DNA of 63,700 nt, filler included, from Octopus bimaculoides (Eukaryota): NCBI RefSeq assembly GCF_001194135.2. It is 7 parts of 6 records of this genome, joined end to end, with 100 filler letters (N's around TTAATTAATTAA, not from the genome) between each part and the next. Parts side by side here need not be neighbours in the genome. Positions count along the whole stretch, not along the records: positions 9,256 to 29,654 come from NC_068987.1; 6 more parts are not named here. One strand, written 5' to 3'. The notes beneath the pieces are model-generated. The model was not told the DNA's origin. It did no database searches and worked only from the letters and a program-made list of their open reading frames with translations. The position numbers were made by a program, and so were the translations under genes. Of this stretch, positions 9,580 to 24,248 are shown piece by piece. Every line of letters begins with the position of its first letter. Positions within the stretch are counted from its first letter, which is position 1.

Positions 9580-11750
9580 TGCTCACATCAGATTAAACTG
9601 TAAGAATAGAAAAATTCTTAATCTTGCATGTCGAAAACCCTCCTCAGTCTCCTAGCCGTTCCTAATAGCACAGTTTTCTGGAGATATACCCGACTGGGGT
9701 TTATGCCTATTTCCTCTACCCATCTATTCAAATCTTTAGGGGTAGTTCCTAGTGTACCTATAACTACTGGGAATACATTTTCCTGCACTTTCCAAAGTCT
9801 CTGTAATTCAGTAACTAGATCCTGGTACCTTGCTATTTTTTCTGTACCTCATATTTATTTTATTATCATTTGGGACTGTAAATTCAATTATATGGCACTT
9901 TCTATTCTCTTTATATTCTACCACTAAATCAGGCCTTCTAACAGCAACTTATGTTTCTTACTTTCAAGTACTTTACTAGGTTTATTTTCATACTTTTTTT
10001 CAGTATGGTCAAATCCTAGCTTCCTACATTACTCCGAGTGGATTACTCTCCCTAGTTTGTCATGTCTTTTCTTGTATCTTTCTGTGCCAGTAAGCTTCAT
10101 TCACTTACTATATGCGTAACATTTTCACCCTTTGATTTGCCTGACCTACACTGGGAAACCACTTAGTTTTTGTCCATTATGGTTTGTATCCAGTTAATTA
10201 TTGATGCTTGATCATGTACTGCTACGAACAAACTTTGTGTCTCCCTTTTCAACGTTCCTTTCTGCAACCATGACCATGTCTCACTGCTACTATTTTGTGC
10301 AAATGTATTTAGGAATCTACCATGCTAAGCCTTTTTTTATCAGTCAGATAATATTTGTTCTCTTTTTTGGTTTTTAACTCTATTTTGACTTTTGGTTTCT
10401 CTATGTCCTGCTGTGACTCTAGCAGCCCTTAATAAACATTCTTCACTATAGCCTACATAGAAGTTTACTTCTATTCTACCTAACTCTACGCAGTCTTCAA
10501 CTGATATTAACATTCTTCCACCTTTCTTTCTAGGTAAGAATAATCTTGTTATTCCTGCTCTTGGGTGGAGTCCTCCATTCTTCTTGAATGCGTTCCTAGT
10601 TTTTTTTTTTTTGTCAAGCTTTGCTCATTTAGTTTTAGTCCAATCTACAAGAGCTGCTGAGTATCTTAGCAATGCTACTACCCTTGTATTTACAGCCTTT
10701 ACTAGATTCACACCATTTAGCTTAACTCCTCAGCATCGACACCCTTCTGATGTACTCCTTCTCAATTTTCGTTTTCATTTCTATAGTTAGTACTCTATCA
10801 CATTGTAATAATCCTAGGTACTTATACGTCTCTCCTTCATCCAACGATTTTAATATCTCTCCATCTAGTAATTAGATGCCTTTGCTGTTAACTACCTGTC
10901 CCCTTCTCATGAGAAACTTTACACATTTATCTATGCCAAATGCCATATCTTTTTTTTTTTTTTGCTGAAGTGTCTTATATTATGTGTTAAGGAATCTGTC
11001 TGTTTTTTTTTTATTCTTACTACAAATCTTCCGATCATCCATCTAGAGCATATGATTAATTTCTGCCTTTAGTATTTCTGAAGTCATATCCTTCCTTTGC
11101 CTTCTTTAATTCTGAACTGGTGGGGGGGGGGGTCAAATATAAGACAAATATTAAAGGGAATGACGAGTCTCCTTGGAAAATTGTAGAGATTTACTTCTCA
11201 TTTTGTAGAGGTCTACATTCAATTTTTTCATGCTAAGCCTAATTATTCTAATTATTTCTCTTATGCTGTCTGCAATACTGAATATACTCAAGCATTCACT
11301 TTTACATGAGTGTGGGATCATATCATTTCTTATAACCCATCCATGCAATTGTTAGCCTATTCTTTCTAGATTTTACTTCATTTAGAGCTGCTTTGTCTTT
11401 GTATAAGAACTCCTATGTTCCTCTAGCCTTCTTCCTACAACCTATCTACCCTTCTGGCAGTAAATTCTGGTTGTCAAGGTGCTCGTAAAAGCCTCCTGAA
11501 AGCATTTCTGCGGCGAATAGCCTCCACACTAACGGTAAGCAAGTGATTGGTCTACAATTGCTATCCGTATTACCCTTGTTATAGTCTTTCATAAGGAATA
11601 CTGTTCTCCCTTTAGTTATCCAATCTGATATTAGTTCTTCCTTAAGGCAATCCTGAATTTGTTCCCTCAGCCTCACATGTAAGCTGCTAAATTTCTTTAA
11701 CCAGTACCTTTCAACTAAGTCTTGTCCTGGCAGTCAACGCGTATATAACT
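9580..11750 (-). mobile_element. Decayed, deleted R4/Dong-like LINE 3' portion
   Basis: DWITKGRTVFLMKD..KGNTDSNCRPITCLP at 11446-11676; C-terminal QKTVLLGTARRLRRV at about 9630-9680; 3' end abuts (AAC)n/(AAT)n on the minus strand. Confidence 0.85.
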
Positions 11751-12679
11751 TATTCTTATATATGTTGTATTAATTCCTTATTGCCTTATCTTACGAAGTT
11801 TCCCATGATGCTGTTTGAGTTTAAGTCCCCTGATTCAGCGCTACTTTTCATTTTTATGGGTTGCTAAAGAAGGTATCAATTCAAGAAATAGCACTGGAGA
11901 AAACGCTAAATCCTCGAACACGATGCTGCTTTGTTATATCTGTTGAAGAATGTATAAACTTCTAATAACACAACCTGGGTTATAGAGACAGAAACTGCCA
12001 TTTATCAAGAATGTCAAACAACTAAATCAAATGGTTAATGAGAGATCGATGACTTCAATGAGCATTGGACCTATAATACCTGAAAAGAATTTTGAAAGAC
12101 ATATTGTCGTTAAAACATGATTTTTAATGAAAGAACTTTACCTACGTTCGGCTTCATTTCTGTTTCATCAACGAAAGATGGATTGTTCAGTCATGGTAGT
12201 AGCAAAATCTGGAAGGTAATGTGCAAATTATGGGATTTCTAAATAGAAGTAGGTGTATCCAGGTGAGCTGAAACATCGTAGCTGCGTAGAAAGATTATTT
12301 AGAAACAGCATACTCAAACTATGTGTATTTGAGTTTTCATAAGAGTAAGTGTGGACGTATGAGCACAGAGCGCAATATATATGTGGTCGAGTAATTTGAA
12401 TACATACACTATATGCCTTAGTTCATTATATTATATATTTCTTGTGTGTGTCTCTGTGTATGAAATTATCAGTGTTTATTATATATTAGGACATATTTAA
12501 TTACAAATAAAAAAGAGTAGAGAGCGATTAGAAGGGCTGCAAATAAATGCTTCTTTATTCCCACTGGATTTTATTTATCATCTTCAATATTTAGATGCAA
12601 AGTCACTCAATAATTTAATATTTGATATTTTCCTATAACTTTTGAAATACTTTGAATAGCTTCGATCGAAATTGTGAGT

Positions 12680-12683
12680 AATA

Positions 12684-12751
<68 letters not shown>

Positions 12752-12779
12752 GGTTGTGGTGGTGGTGATGATGACGATG

Positions 12780-12810
<31 letters not shown>

Positions 12811-12826
12811 TAATAATAATAATAAT
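12680..12826. repeat. Compound (GAT)n(GGT)n(CAA)n(AAT)n microsatellite
   Basis: Direct reading. Confidence 0.98.
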
Positions 12827-14699
12827 ATCAACATAGACATAGATCTACAAACAAATATTTTTTAGGGAAAATGTGATATGGAGCCTGTGTTGAGTAGTTG
12901 TATAGGCTATTTCATATTTCATTAAAATATCGTTTCAGAATATCATTATTCTGTATATCATGTTTTATTTGTTTTGTTTTAACAGTTTGTTTGAAATGCA
13001 CTGAGTGCAAAATGCTCCAAGTTAATAAATCACTAAGTGCATGTATATACAATGACTAAGTACATGTATACACAGATAGCGAAGTACATGTTTACAGAAA
13101 TACAGACATAATAGTAAACATCTAAACGAATACACTTAGAATAAACAGCTGAATCAAAAGGATGATGTAATTATATGAATTATAATTACAACAATGTCAA
13201 CTTACAAAAAAGGAAAAAGAGGAAAAAGAAACAAATAATAATGGCAGCTACAACATTAACTGCAGAAAATATTCTCCAACAATGGCAGCAGGTCGCTTTT
13301 TTAATGGCAACACAAAAGCCATTGTTATGTTATCAAATGAATTACATTGCACTCTTCAGTCTCCTCTAGAAAGAGACAAACATATTCCACAGTTATTTTG
13401 GGATATTATTTTTTGTAAATCGTATTATTACGCTGCTTTGTTTCATTTGATTTCATGTTGGTAAAACTGGTGAACATTTCGGTTCATACATTTTGTCATA
13501 TACAGTTTCATGTCATAAAATCTGAAGTTCAAGCCCAACCGATGTTGTTTTAGCTTCCAATCCTCGAAATGTTTAACATTGTAATGGATGCTTGGTATCG
13601 ATTTAATTTTCTATGCATCAGCCAGCGTAGAGGTAGCTGAGTATATTTTCTTTTGGTTTGACAGTCTGTTGTAAATATAGTTTCGCAAGTTTTCGACTTC
13701 CTTTTCGTGACAGGTAACTGATTTCTTTATGCTTTTCGTGTCTTATTAAGTTACCAGTTCACTAAGATATGATACGTAGGGGAGTGACGACATTGCGATT
13801 AATATTCAGCTTTGAATCAGTGAGGGCTGAATGATGATCAGAGGGTGGATTTCATAGAGTGGAAGCATTCGACAGAATGATTAATGACTAAAAGCATACT
13901 TGTAATGGCTTAACTGGAGCAAAGTCTCAAATGAACTGAAAAATGTGTAGTTTTGCTTCCGATCTAGACTGTACGCACAGTAAATCAGTTCGAAGCTACC
14001 CTTAACAAACCTAATGGATGCATGTATTTCAGAGTGGTTATCTCCTCTTCAACATCAGATCATGGAAGGGATAGAGGCAAGAGACTGACCTGAGAGAGTT
14101 TTCTCTTCTTATTATATTCCATTCAGTATACTGTTACTGATTTCGCTAATAAACGGATCAATCATAAGGAAATAAGAAAGAGAAGATTTAAACTGTGATG
14201 TATATACATATAAACATGTTACCAGTTCAAAAAGGACTGAGGCATATTTGAACCCCCGTTCGAAAGCCATTTACTCTATTTTGACACGGAGAAATGTTTT
14301 AGCTATATATGAGTAAGTGTAAACACACTAAGGTTGAAGTGATCCCTAGCTAGCCTGTGGGATGCATGCAGTTTGGAGCAATCTACTTTTAGGATATGCT
14401 TTTTATAAGATGCACTATGTATTAAATTTCCTGTTTTGTATGAAAATTGCAATAGGTTTCAGATTATGAGTGTTCTTTAACACTCATGATACTAACAGAT
14501 ATTAACACGGAATAAATCATTCGTCTAAGATTTACTTCATTCTCGATCTTGCGGTGTCCTCACCCCTTGTCGTGAACAACAACAACAACAACAACACCAC
14601 CAACAACAACAACAACAACAACAACAACTTGTTTTAACCTCTAGCTACTTTGCAACTGTTGTATCTTGCTAACATATTTTCTAGCCATGCATAAACTTC

Positions 14700-15600
14700 G
14701 CACCGAGATGGAATCAAGAGTAAAAGTCCAAGAGGGGCGATTACCTTTCCATACTGAAATTGACGGAACATTTCACAGCGATAAATTTTTATACAATATG
14801 TATTTCTTCCAAGATTTGTTTAGGTACACCAATCAAATTCGCACAGGCTGCAAAGAACGTCAGGAAATGCGCAGTTCTTGAGGATTTTCCCACCTTTCAC
14901 CAAAGAAGCTGATTTCTCCACTTACGTATTTTATAAGGGTGCTGTTTGCTGTTTAGCCGAATAGATTTTTTCTCATCACCTGCATACCACTCTGAGACGA
15001 GATACGTCTTCTATGAAGCTTGCGAGATTCCACCTGCAGTACAACGTGGTCTTTCGTTATGCTATTATGATTAGGTAGTTAATCACACTTCTTCATCGAG
15101 TTCAACACATTTGAGATGAGCTCTCGCAACGATATTTTTAGCTTGCCTCACAGGCAATACATGTTCCTCCCTTCTCCTTGTAACACACGTCTCCCTTGCG
15201 TATAAGGCTAGAGGTTTTATTAGTAATGACGGCACTAGTACGTAAGATCTTGTACTATTTTACTTCGAGAATGCCATTTATAGATGTATCCTACTTCAAT
15301 TCTGTTCTTGCTCTCTTCAAGATTTCAGTGTTCATATCCCGGCATATATATGCTTTGTACCTCAATAACGTACCCCTTAACTTCTTCGAAAACATTGCTT
15401 CTCACATGTATTCATCCTTACGCCATGTCTTTGGACCGCAGGTAATTTGTTTTCAGGTTCTCCATTTTAACGCCGTCTGCTGGGCTATTGGTTTGTAGCC
15501 TATCTGGCCAGAATGGTTTGTAGCCTATCTGGGTTTTCGGCGATGTGTGTGACGTCATCTGTAAATCGGCGGTGCGTTAGTAGCGACCTGTTTGCATGCT
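14700..15600 (-). mobile_element. Possible decayed Ginger/GIN-type integrase-like element
   Basis: Frameshifted VLPVRQAKNIVARAH..NHNSITKD..FFAACAN resembles an integrase H2C2 zinc-binding region. Weak. Confidence 0.3.
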
Positions 15601-17036
15601 TGTTTACATAGATGCACGAACGTCCATACATATAACCCCACCACACGTAAACCCACAAGCACATGCATATAAATATAATAAATAGCATGTTTATGTGTAT
15701 AAAAATATGTTTATACTTATATATTAATATGTATATACGCATATATATATATATATATATATATGTGTATATGCTTGTGTATGTGTATGTCTGTGTATAT
15801 AAGTTTGTATGAGTATGTGTTATATAAAATTCCGTTAATGTAGTATGATAAAATATCCTTCCTCGGCTCAACAGGCCAACTTACTGTGTTAATGCAATTG
15901 GGAATTCGACCACAATCACATAATACACGCCGTTATCAAATTCTCAAATATATTGAGATCTAAATGAATGTCATTATACATCGTAGAATATGACACATCT
16001 GCAACTAATAGAATTGATCTTCATTATCGAAACACAATTAGTGTGGATTCTAACTAACAGTTTCATTTTCTCATAGTACTTCTACTTTGCAGATAATCAC
16101 GGTTAATTGTAGATGGAAAGAACGAAGGAGAAAGTGCATTGGGGAAATCAAAATGATTAATATGTGATTTGATTATGTGTCATATTACTGCTGATGCTTT
16201 GTTTATGCTTTGCTGTAATGAGTGTTGCTTACGTTTCCTGAGCTACATATAACTGAATTGGCAGTCAAATTGAGGGAAATACGTGTATGTGATGTTAACG
16301 GATCTAGCTCAGTAGATAACCAAATCGCAACCTGTTTGAAGACAGAAGTACTGAATCTGAGAGAATGAAGGCTAAAATCGTGTTTTACATGCTGCTTGTA
16401 TGTGTTTTACATGCTGCAGTTAAGGTAACTGTTAGTTTAGTGAAAGGGAGTGATTAACTATCTCGACTGCAAAGATTCTTACGTGCATATGTAGCCACAG
16501 TAGAAAACCATATTATCATCACTAGTTAAAAACATATTTAGACTTGACACAAATATATGAAAGGGAATTGACTGTGATTTTTTGTTGAACGAATTCTGTC
16601 AATAAACGTTTACTGAAATACCATTTAAAGAAAGATATTTATGTTTAAATAGTTATCACATCTTTTCATTTGGTGAAGTTATAATGGCTCTTTGACTTGT
16701 TTCAACAGCATGAAGTTATTTCTGATTTGTAGATGACTGGAACAAAAGGGAAAAATCGTGTGACTTTCATGGTATATCTATGATATACTATTATAGATCG
16801 GTTCTTCTTTGTTGCGTCCTGTATATAATTATACATAATTGAAATGTTCTGTATTAGCTGTAGAACATCTTAAGTATGGCAGGAAAGATATTCTAATTGG
16901 TTGTATTTAAATCATAACTCAATACATATCAAGGGAATTGATAAAATTGACAATTCGAAAAGTTTTCTTGAAACTAACTGAAAACTATGTTACAACTAAC
17001 AATATAAAACTCAACAATGGTTAAGATGCAAGTTAA

Positions 17037-17776
17037 TATTTGCAATCTGATAAATTTTGTGTCGGGTATTTTCCCCCTTTTTTTAAAACCACAAGCTTCG
17101 AAATCATGTGGTTAGCGTGGTTTTTGTATGAAAAACTTTTTGAAAACAGTTTTTTTATACACCACCTCCTACATGATCCCACTTCGGACCTATTTTGGCC
17201 TATCTTTTTTGCGCTTCAAAACCATGGGAAAAGCATTTTTGGTAAAAAAAAATATTAAAATTTTCAGAGGGAACATTGAATGATTTAAGGGCGATTTGGC
17301 AGTTGTTTCTAACACATCTAAAGATAACCCTCCTCGTTTCTTTATCACTCCAGCATGTATTGATGTTTTTCAATATTTTCCGCCCAGCAATACATTTATA
17401 TCCTATAAAAAAAAAAGAAATTGAGAAATTGTGAAATTTTTGAAACCTACTTTCTGCCCCCGATGGTTTCTGTTTAGAAATTAATATATTGGAGCGCCTG
17501 AGATCATTGCTGGCATTTATCCACAGTGAGTTAAAAAAATTACGGAGATGTACTTGCATAGCAAATGAATTGATCTGAGATCGTGTGCTGAAACAAAAGC
17601 AATTGCAGCGTGGAAGATGTTTGTAAGCCATTCAAGAACACATGAAAACCGTTAGCTCATTTCAAAATTTTAATTCCCTTTGTGTGAAAATATGTTCGTC
17701 ACTTGGAAACCGTGACCTGTTCACTGACTAAACTTCACAAAAGTGATGCGGCACGAAGTTTTGTCATTGAACAGTA
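17037..17776. mobile_element. Possible old non-autonomous TIR DNA transposon
   Basis: Left tttgcaatctgataaattttgtgtcgg weakly matches the reverse complement of the right end (tgttcaatgacaaaacttcgtgccgc). Confidence 0.35.
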
Positions 17777-17867
17777 CACGCGCGCGCGCGCGCACGCACA
17801 CACACACACATTCGTTGCCTTTGATTTGTGTGTATATGTATCTACGCGTATGCGCAAGTGTGTATAG

Positions 17868-17948
<81 letters not shown>
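17777..17948. repeat. (CG)n(CA)n...(TG)n alternating purine-pyrimidine tract
   Basis: Direct reading. Confidence 0.95.
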
Positions 17949-17949
<1 letters not shown>

Positions 17950-18529
17950 CTGTTGAAGTCGTTCATGCAACGTTTTTGTATAAGTATTAGCTTAGTGGTA
18001 CAAAGTGTTTGGAAACTGTGAATAAGATGCAATTTTCGAGTACTTGTCGATAACTTTTGTCTCCTCGTCTTCGAATAGTAATTATCCAACTTTCTAGGCT
18101 CTTCTCATAGCTATCTCGCGTTCAAAAATTATACGGGTATTTTAAAAACTTTTCATTCAATAGATAATGTTTATACATTACGTAAACATTAATAGAATAA
18201 ACTGTATGCATTCCAAATAGTGAATTAAAACTTAAAAGAGAAAGTGAGAGACTTGGAAAGGAAAATGGAATACTCCGAAGTGAATGCAATGAATATTTAC
18301 ATATGCGAGAAATTGGAGTTACAAAATTCAATAAACTTGATAATTCAAAATTACAGAAAATTTCTAAGAACATGAATTTATAAAAATATTTCCTGACGAT
18401 CAACCCTTTAATAATTGCTCTCTTTTAGTACTTTTAGTAATTGTTACATACCAAATTAAAAGCAGCTTTCTCTATTATAGTATAGATGTAGTCTCGAACC
18501 AAATCTAATGATAAACAATTTATTGAAAG

Positions 18530-19130
18530 TTTCCAATATTATGGAGTAATCTGATCATCTCATCTAGGTCGTCCCATAGGACACCACATATAGGGGTTTC
18601 GGTTACGCATACTATAGGCCTCACAGTGTAATGCGCAGTTTCCATCTAACTAGGAATATTAGGGTCTCATCCATTGTCTTGTATTCAAGATCCTCTGTAT
18701 GATATCCTGCTATGTTAAAGCCAGGAATCTGATCTGTTAGGTTCTGCCGATAACTAAATCCACGCCCTGCTACCGACGCTTCGATTTATTGTCGTTAAGG
18801 TTTTGTCTGTCTCTGACCTTTCGACCTGTCTGGCTTGGTAAAACGTACCGAAAGATTTCACTCCCTCCAGCATAGCTCTCCTGGTCAATGTAGCACACAG
18901 GCAAGTCACTGCGACAAGGTACTTGTTTAATTGGTCATTGACTACACAGTACTTTATCCGCCCTTTAACGTGTCTTATTTTTCATCCAGGAGGGTGTCCA
19001 ACAATCAACCTCCTCACTAGCCAAGCTTGATGCGGCTGCCTGTTTAGTCGCCGACGAACAGGCCATGCGACATGTTGTACTGGGTTACATGTTACCAGTA
19101 GCGCTCAAGAGCGACCTGATATTAAATGAA
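18530..19130 (-). mobile_element. Probable RTE-type LINE 5' remnant
   Basis: GC-richer segment resembling an RTE 5' UTR followed by decayed RWKLRITL (about TWNVRTL, start of the APE domain). Recognition by eye only. Confidence 0.4.
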
Positions 19131-21149
19131 AGCGTAATGGAAAAGATAATTCGACAGCCCTTTGATTAATTGTTGCTACGAGTAAGTGAAACATCGCTTC
19201 CTTGCATGAATATGATGAATGTTCCTGTCTCATCATTAGTTCACGAGATTACTGTTCCAGGATATTTTAGATGTCGTTTGAAGGCTGAGAGTCACTTCCA
19301 AATGAAATGCGATTACGTAATCAATATAGAAATCATTTGCCATAACGGAAATGAGTAGTATAATTAATGGCAACATATAAAAAAGAAGGGTACCTCTCGC
19401 TGCTCATAAACATCCTTTCTATTAACTTTGTTTGAAAGACTGATATAGATCTCGGTATATGCTGAGACAATAAAGAAAATATGCAGGAGATAATTTGTTC
19501 GGATACTTCTCCAACTAAAAATATACGTTCGATGCTCCATTTTGTTACTGGTATGAAACAACTGCATTCTAAAACTGTCCAGCATCTAAGAGAAAATTAT
19601 TCTCAATGAAGTGAATTTGAAAAGGTCAATGAATTGAAGGATATTTCAAGGTGGATATATCAATCACATGGAATTAAAATAGCTCGCCTTTCTTTTTCGA
19701 AAGCTAGTGATCATACTGTTGGAACTATTTTTGATAAGGTCATTCTTTGTCAAAATTCTGTATGTGTTATTCTTACAACTTTTGCAAGTTTATCTTGTAA
19801 TGCAGGTAAAATATCAATAAAGATGTGAATTATCCGGTACCGTGATCAGCTGAGCGAAATCATCGTTAGAGCCTGATGAGTTGCATATTACAGGACAGAG
19901 ACTGACAACGATGCGTAGGACACATCACTATACTTGCATTCAATGGCGAAAATTTTATATGTAAATACAAGAAAGGATAAGAATCTATAACAAGACATTT
20001 TACTAAATTTTAGGATTTTAACACGCAGAATACAGCTTCTTGCATTGCTCTGTAGAAATTTTGTTACATTTACAAGGGAAGGGATTGAGCAAAATTCTAT
20101 CAAGCATATAACGCTAACGTTGCAATTAAAACCAATGGTTCAGATATATGATAATACAGAAATATTTAACTAAGCGACTATTAGAATTGAAATTATTGTG
20201 TAAGGGATTATTGTGTAAGACAAAGCTCCGGTAGAATATTTGGCAATATTATTGTTAATAGGTGAAATAAAATACTGAAATACCGAGAGGAAAATATTGA
20301 AAAGTGTATAGTGTGGTATGAAGACATGGCACTTGCCGTAAAGCCGAAAATACGAATTTTTCTGGGTTTATAATAATTACAATTGTTTCCACATTTTTAT
20401 TCGTTCCAAAATGAAGAGTATGTTATACTGAAATATATTAAGGAAAAAAATGTCCAATGACGCAAATGCAATATTATGACACAGACAAAGTGAAAATACT
20501 ATTTTCAATGAATGATTTCATGGCGATCATATTTTTCATGCATTTCGTGGGATTTATGTATAAAAGTTGGAAATAGTTAGGATTTATAATATTTTTATTA
20601 ACTGATATAATTTAAAGGATATGATTATACAAATGTCGTGTGATAGAAACATTCTCTTTGCTATCATACTAAACTTTTTTTTTGATCGTGATATATATCT
20701 TGTCACAACGGCACAAATCATTATGCTGAAATTAAAAGGATAGTGGCCACATTATTGAGGAGATATTTTGTGATATGAAAGGTACAAAATATTGGATAGA
20801 AAAGAGCAAAATGCTTTTAAATATGCATATAACTTGAAGAATGGAAGATTAGACTCTCTTGCTAATGTCACGAACATAGTAGTTTCTTAAAAGCTGTTGA
20901 TTTGTCTAGCCAGATATAATAATTGATAAGTATGAAGAACAAAACCACTTAGGTCGGTAATTGTAAATTTCATAAGTACTTCTTATATAACTTAATGAAA
21001 CTAGGGCTAAACCTATGATGTCACTTCTATAACACCGAAAATTAAATACAAATAAAAGGCAGTGTTATAAATAGGTTTAAATTGATATTCAGTGAGTGAA
21101 ATCTCTATTAATGCGTATTTATTTGTCATGTTTATACATAATAACAATA

Positions 21150-21360
21150 ATATTGCTTTCAAGTATTGGCACAAGGTTAGTAATTTCGGTGAGGAGAAAA
21201 TCGTTTACAACGATCCCAGCACTCAACTGGTGCTTATTATATCCACCCTGAATGGACGAAATACAAAGTTGACCCTGGACAGAATATGATCTTAAGACAT
21301 GAGACGGACGAAATGCCGCTAAGCATTTTGCCTGGTGTGCTAACCATTCTGGCAGCTCGA
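21150..21360 (-). mobile_element. SINE family A (diverged)
   Basis: Reverse complement of the family A head (gacggacgaaatgccgctaagcatttt...gctaaccattctggcagctcg). Confidence 0.8.
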
Positions 21361-21989
21361 AGCCATAAAAATAGCCTGAGTAATGATAGTAAACAAAATG
21401 CAAAATCCAGAATCTTAAGCTTTGAATGGGATTTCAGTTCCTATTAATAAAAATAGTAATTTGACAGCTGAGAGTTTAAAAGTTCTGCACATGGTGTTAT
21501 TTTCAGTCCTTAAATAGGACCGAATTAGTACAACTGATTTGAAATACACTTATATTGTTGTGACGGCGCATACATTTTACACGTTGATTATCATTACTTA
21601 CCACTTCAGTGCTAGGGTGTTGCTGAAGTTTTGTGCGAGATTACAGCTTTGAAATATGTACTTAGTACAAACTAGTAATGACAATTGTTTCTTTATTTGA
21701 ATAGTACCACATAAGCATAGATAGCTAGAAGTGTGATTAGTAGGTGCATGGCTTCATTTAAGAGTCTCTTGCTATCGAATGGTTGAGCAGAATGGTAGTT
21801 TTCGCATTACGGCATTAGTCTCATGTTTAATAATCTCTTGCAAACGAGACACGTTGAGAAAGCTACGTGGCCAAGATTTCTGGGTGGAAGAGGACGCCAC
21901 CATTCCTGCATATGTGGAAAACGTTTCACAACGGTAGGCCCTTCAACGTCGACTGTTACTCTTAGAATACAGACGTGTAGTATGCACTC

Positions 21990-22410
21990 GTCGGATTTTA
22001 GTTTTCACGCCAGATGACCGAACGCTTAGAGCACAATCCAGCATGTTTTGAGCGATTTTCATGCAGGGCTGCTTCAACAGCTCTGCAGAAACTTTGGGAG
22101 CAAATTTTGCTAGAATTTCCGTCATGCACAAATCATTCGTTAAATGGAATGCACTTACTGTGCATATTCCAACTTTGTGAGAGATTTCCTGGATTGTTAG
22201 ACGACGGTCTTCCATGACTATTCACCGAACCTTCTTAATCTGCTCCTTGTTTCGCTTGTGGATAGCCTGCTAGAGCATGCAATGTTTTCCACTTAAGTGC
22301 AATCATATTTGAAGCGGTTGTACCTCACGTTGATTCGAGTTTTGCCCATGGCTGAATCTTCTGGTTTGAGCTTCAATACCACCATGATTTCATGGTGGTA
22401 TTGTAGCTCA
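21990..22410 (-). mobile_element. Mariner transposase N-terminal remnant
   Basis: AMGKTRINVRYNRFK...VMEDRRLTIQEISHKVGI...AKFAPKV, a decayed match to the mariner HTH and WVP region. Confidence 0.8.
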
Positions 22411-23692
22411 ATATGTTTTCCTTCCAAGTTTCGCCAGTTGTTATAACCAATACACATATGATCAATTCTGTCTTTATTGCTATGTACGTTTACATTATCA
22501 TGTATTTTCTTTCTCTTGTTTACAGTGAGTAGGTTAATATTAGATGTAAGGGGAATTTGGCTAATATTAGAAGTAAGGAGAGTTTGGCTAACAGATTGGC
22601 TATATTTGTGTATATTGGGTCCAGTATTTGGGAAAAAAACCTAGGTTTCATTGAATAGTAACATTTGATAGATTCCTGTGCCGAAATTTGGTTGAGTCCC
22701 ACCAAAAGAATTGCAGATAATGGATGTTATTAATGCCATTTAGAAACACTGATATTGGTATGATGTACACAACGCGTGGTTTCGATGGAAATACGTGGAG
22801 ATGTTATGCAGCTAGGTAATTTAGCAAAGGACAGGGCAAGAGCCATTATAATTATAGAATAAAAAAATATAGTAGAAATCATCCAAAATTAATGATGACG
22901 TATATTAATGCGTGATTTGTTTCCTACGAGTTGATTGCTTACGATGTTAGCTCTTTTCCACAATGTGTGTAGCAACAGCATTGCTGGCATGTACAAATCA
23001 GTACTCAATATAAATGCCTACATGAACCTGCATAACCTAATTATATTTCATAGCGATAACACTGAAAATAAATTCATATGCATACGACATCCACTGATAT
23101 TCCAAAAATACACTGTGATAGATTAAACAAATAGATTACTAAGGTAGTTGCTGATTAGCACCCGATACATCATGTACGTGCATGGATACTGTTAAAGATG
23201 TGCCAGCTATGAACAGCCAGTACTCTTGTTAGGCTTATCAATATGTAGGATCGTATTGTCGACGAAATTAATTTCAATTTCGTAATTGGCAGTACGAGAT
23301 TAGAGTGAGAATCAATTGATTGCAAGTTATAGCTTAAATCACGACCACAAAGAGAGTTTCTATCGTTGGCATCTGTCAAAAACTAGTTTAGGAAGGCACC
23401 GATGTTTTCTAAAAAATTAAGACAAAAATACAGATTTCCTGCTCGCAGAAGAGAATTCAATATTTCCTCGTTGACGTAAATGACAATACATCATTTTCAC
23501 AATAGACGAAAAATTTCCCTAAGAGACTCCGTAAGAAATTGTATCTAATCAAAAAAGAGTAGGAAGAAAAGGCTACGCGAATCGCACGTTCATGATAAAC
23601 GATCACAGAGGCATACGCTTTCATGACAAAAGTATTCACGACCAAAATGCTCCATGTACACACTCTTCGAGACAATACATAAACAAACACGT

Positions 23693-23750
<58 letters not shown>

Positions 23751-24248
23751 GCACGCACAAACACATACACACAAAGCTTAGGGTATGCTTCAAGTTTTTG
23801 CGAAATTATCATAGATAATTTGTGGTTCGTTGGCCCAGTCGATGGAAAGTTGCACGGAATATATAGTAATGCTGTGTCTAACTGCATGTTAACATTCCAT
23901 CTATGTCAAATGTGTCTTTAATTGTTTCGAGATCGATAAATAAATTATAAATTTCTATGGCTGTGCATCCTATGCTACACCCCTTGTGTGGGATGTTCTT
24001 GTGCCTCAAGTTTGGGAAGGTTGAGAGGGTTTTCTACATTTATTTATTTGAGCAAGTCCACGAATATATATGGACATATAAAATCGTTAGTTAAAGCATA
24101 CTACATGCTACCATGTATGTGACGACCATACCGCACCACACCATTGCATATACTATCTTTCAACTTGAACAAATACCATACCTCCATTTATCCATGTTAA
24201 ATATGTTTTCGAATGAGTGTGGTATAAATGCCATTATGTTTTCCCTTG

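Noticed and set aside
9321-9603. Poly-I/L/D/HT/CV/YI ORFs throughout the track
   Set aside because: Translations of microsatellites with no splice or homology support.
17200-17631. 143-aa minus-strand ORF
   Set aside because: No motif or codon-like structure; it lies within an AT-rich probable non-autonomous transposon.
19850-19900. CTGATGAG with an upstream GAAA as a possible type-II hammerhead
   Set aside because: Stems II and III cannot be paired convincingly.
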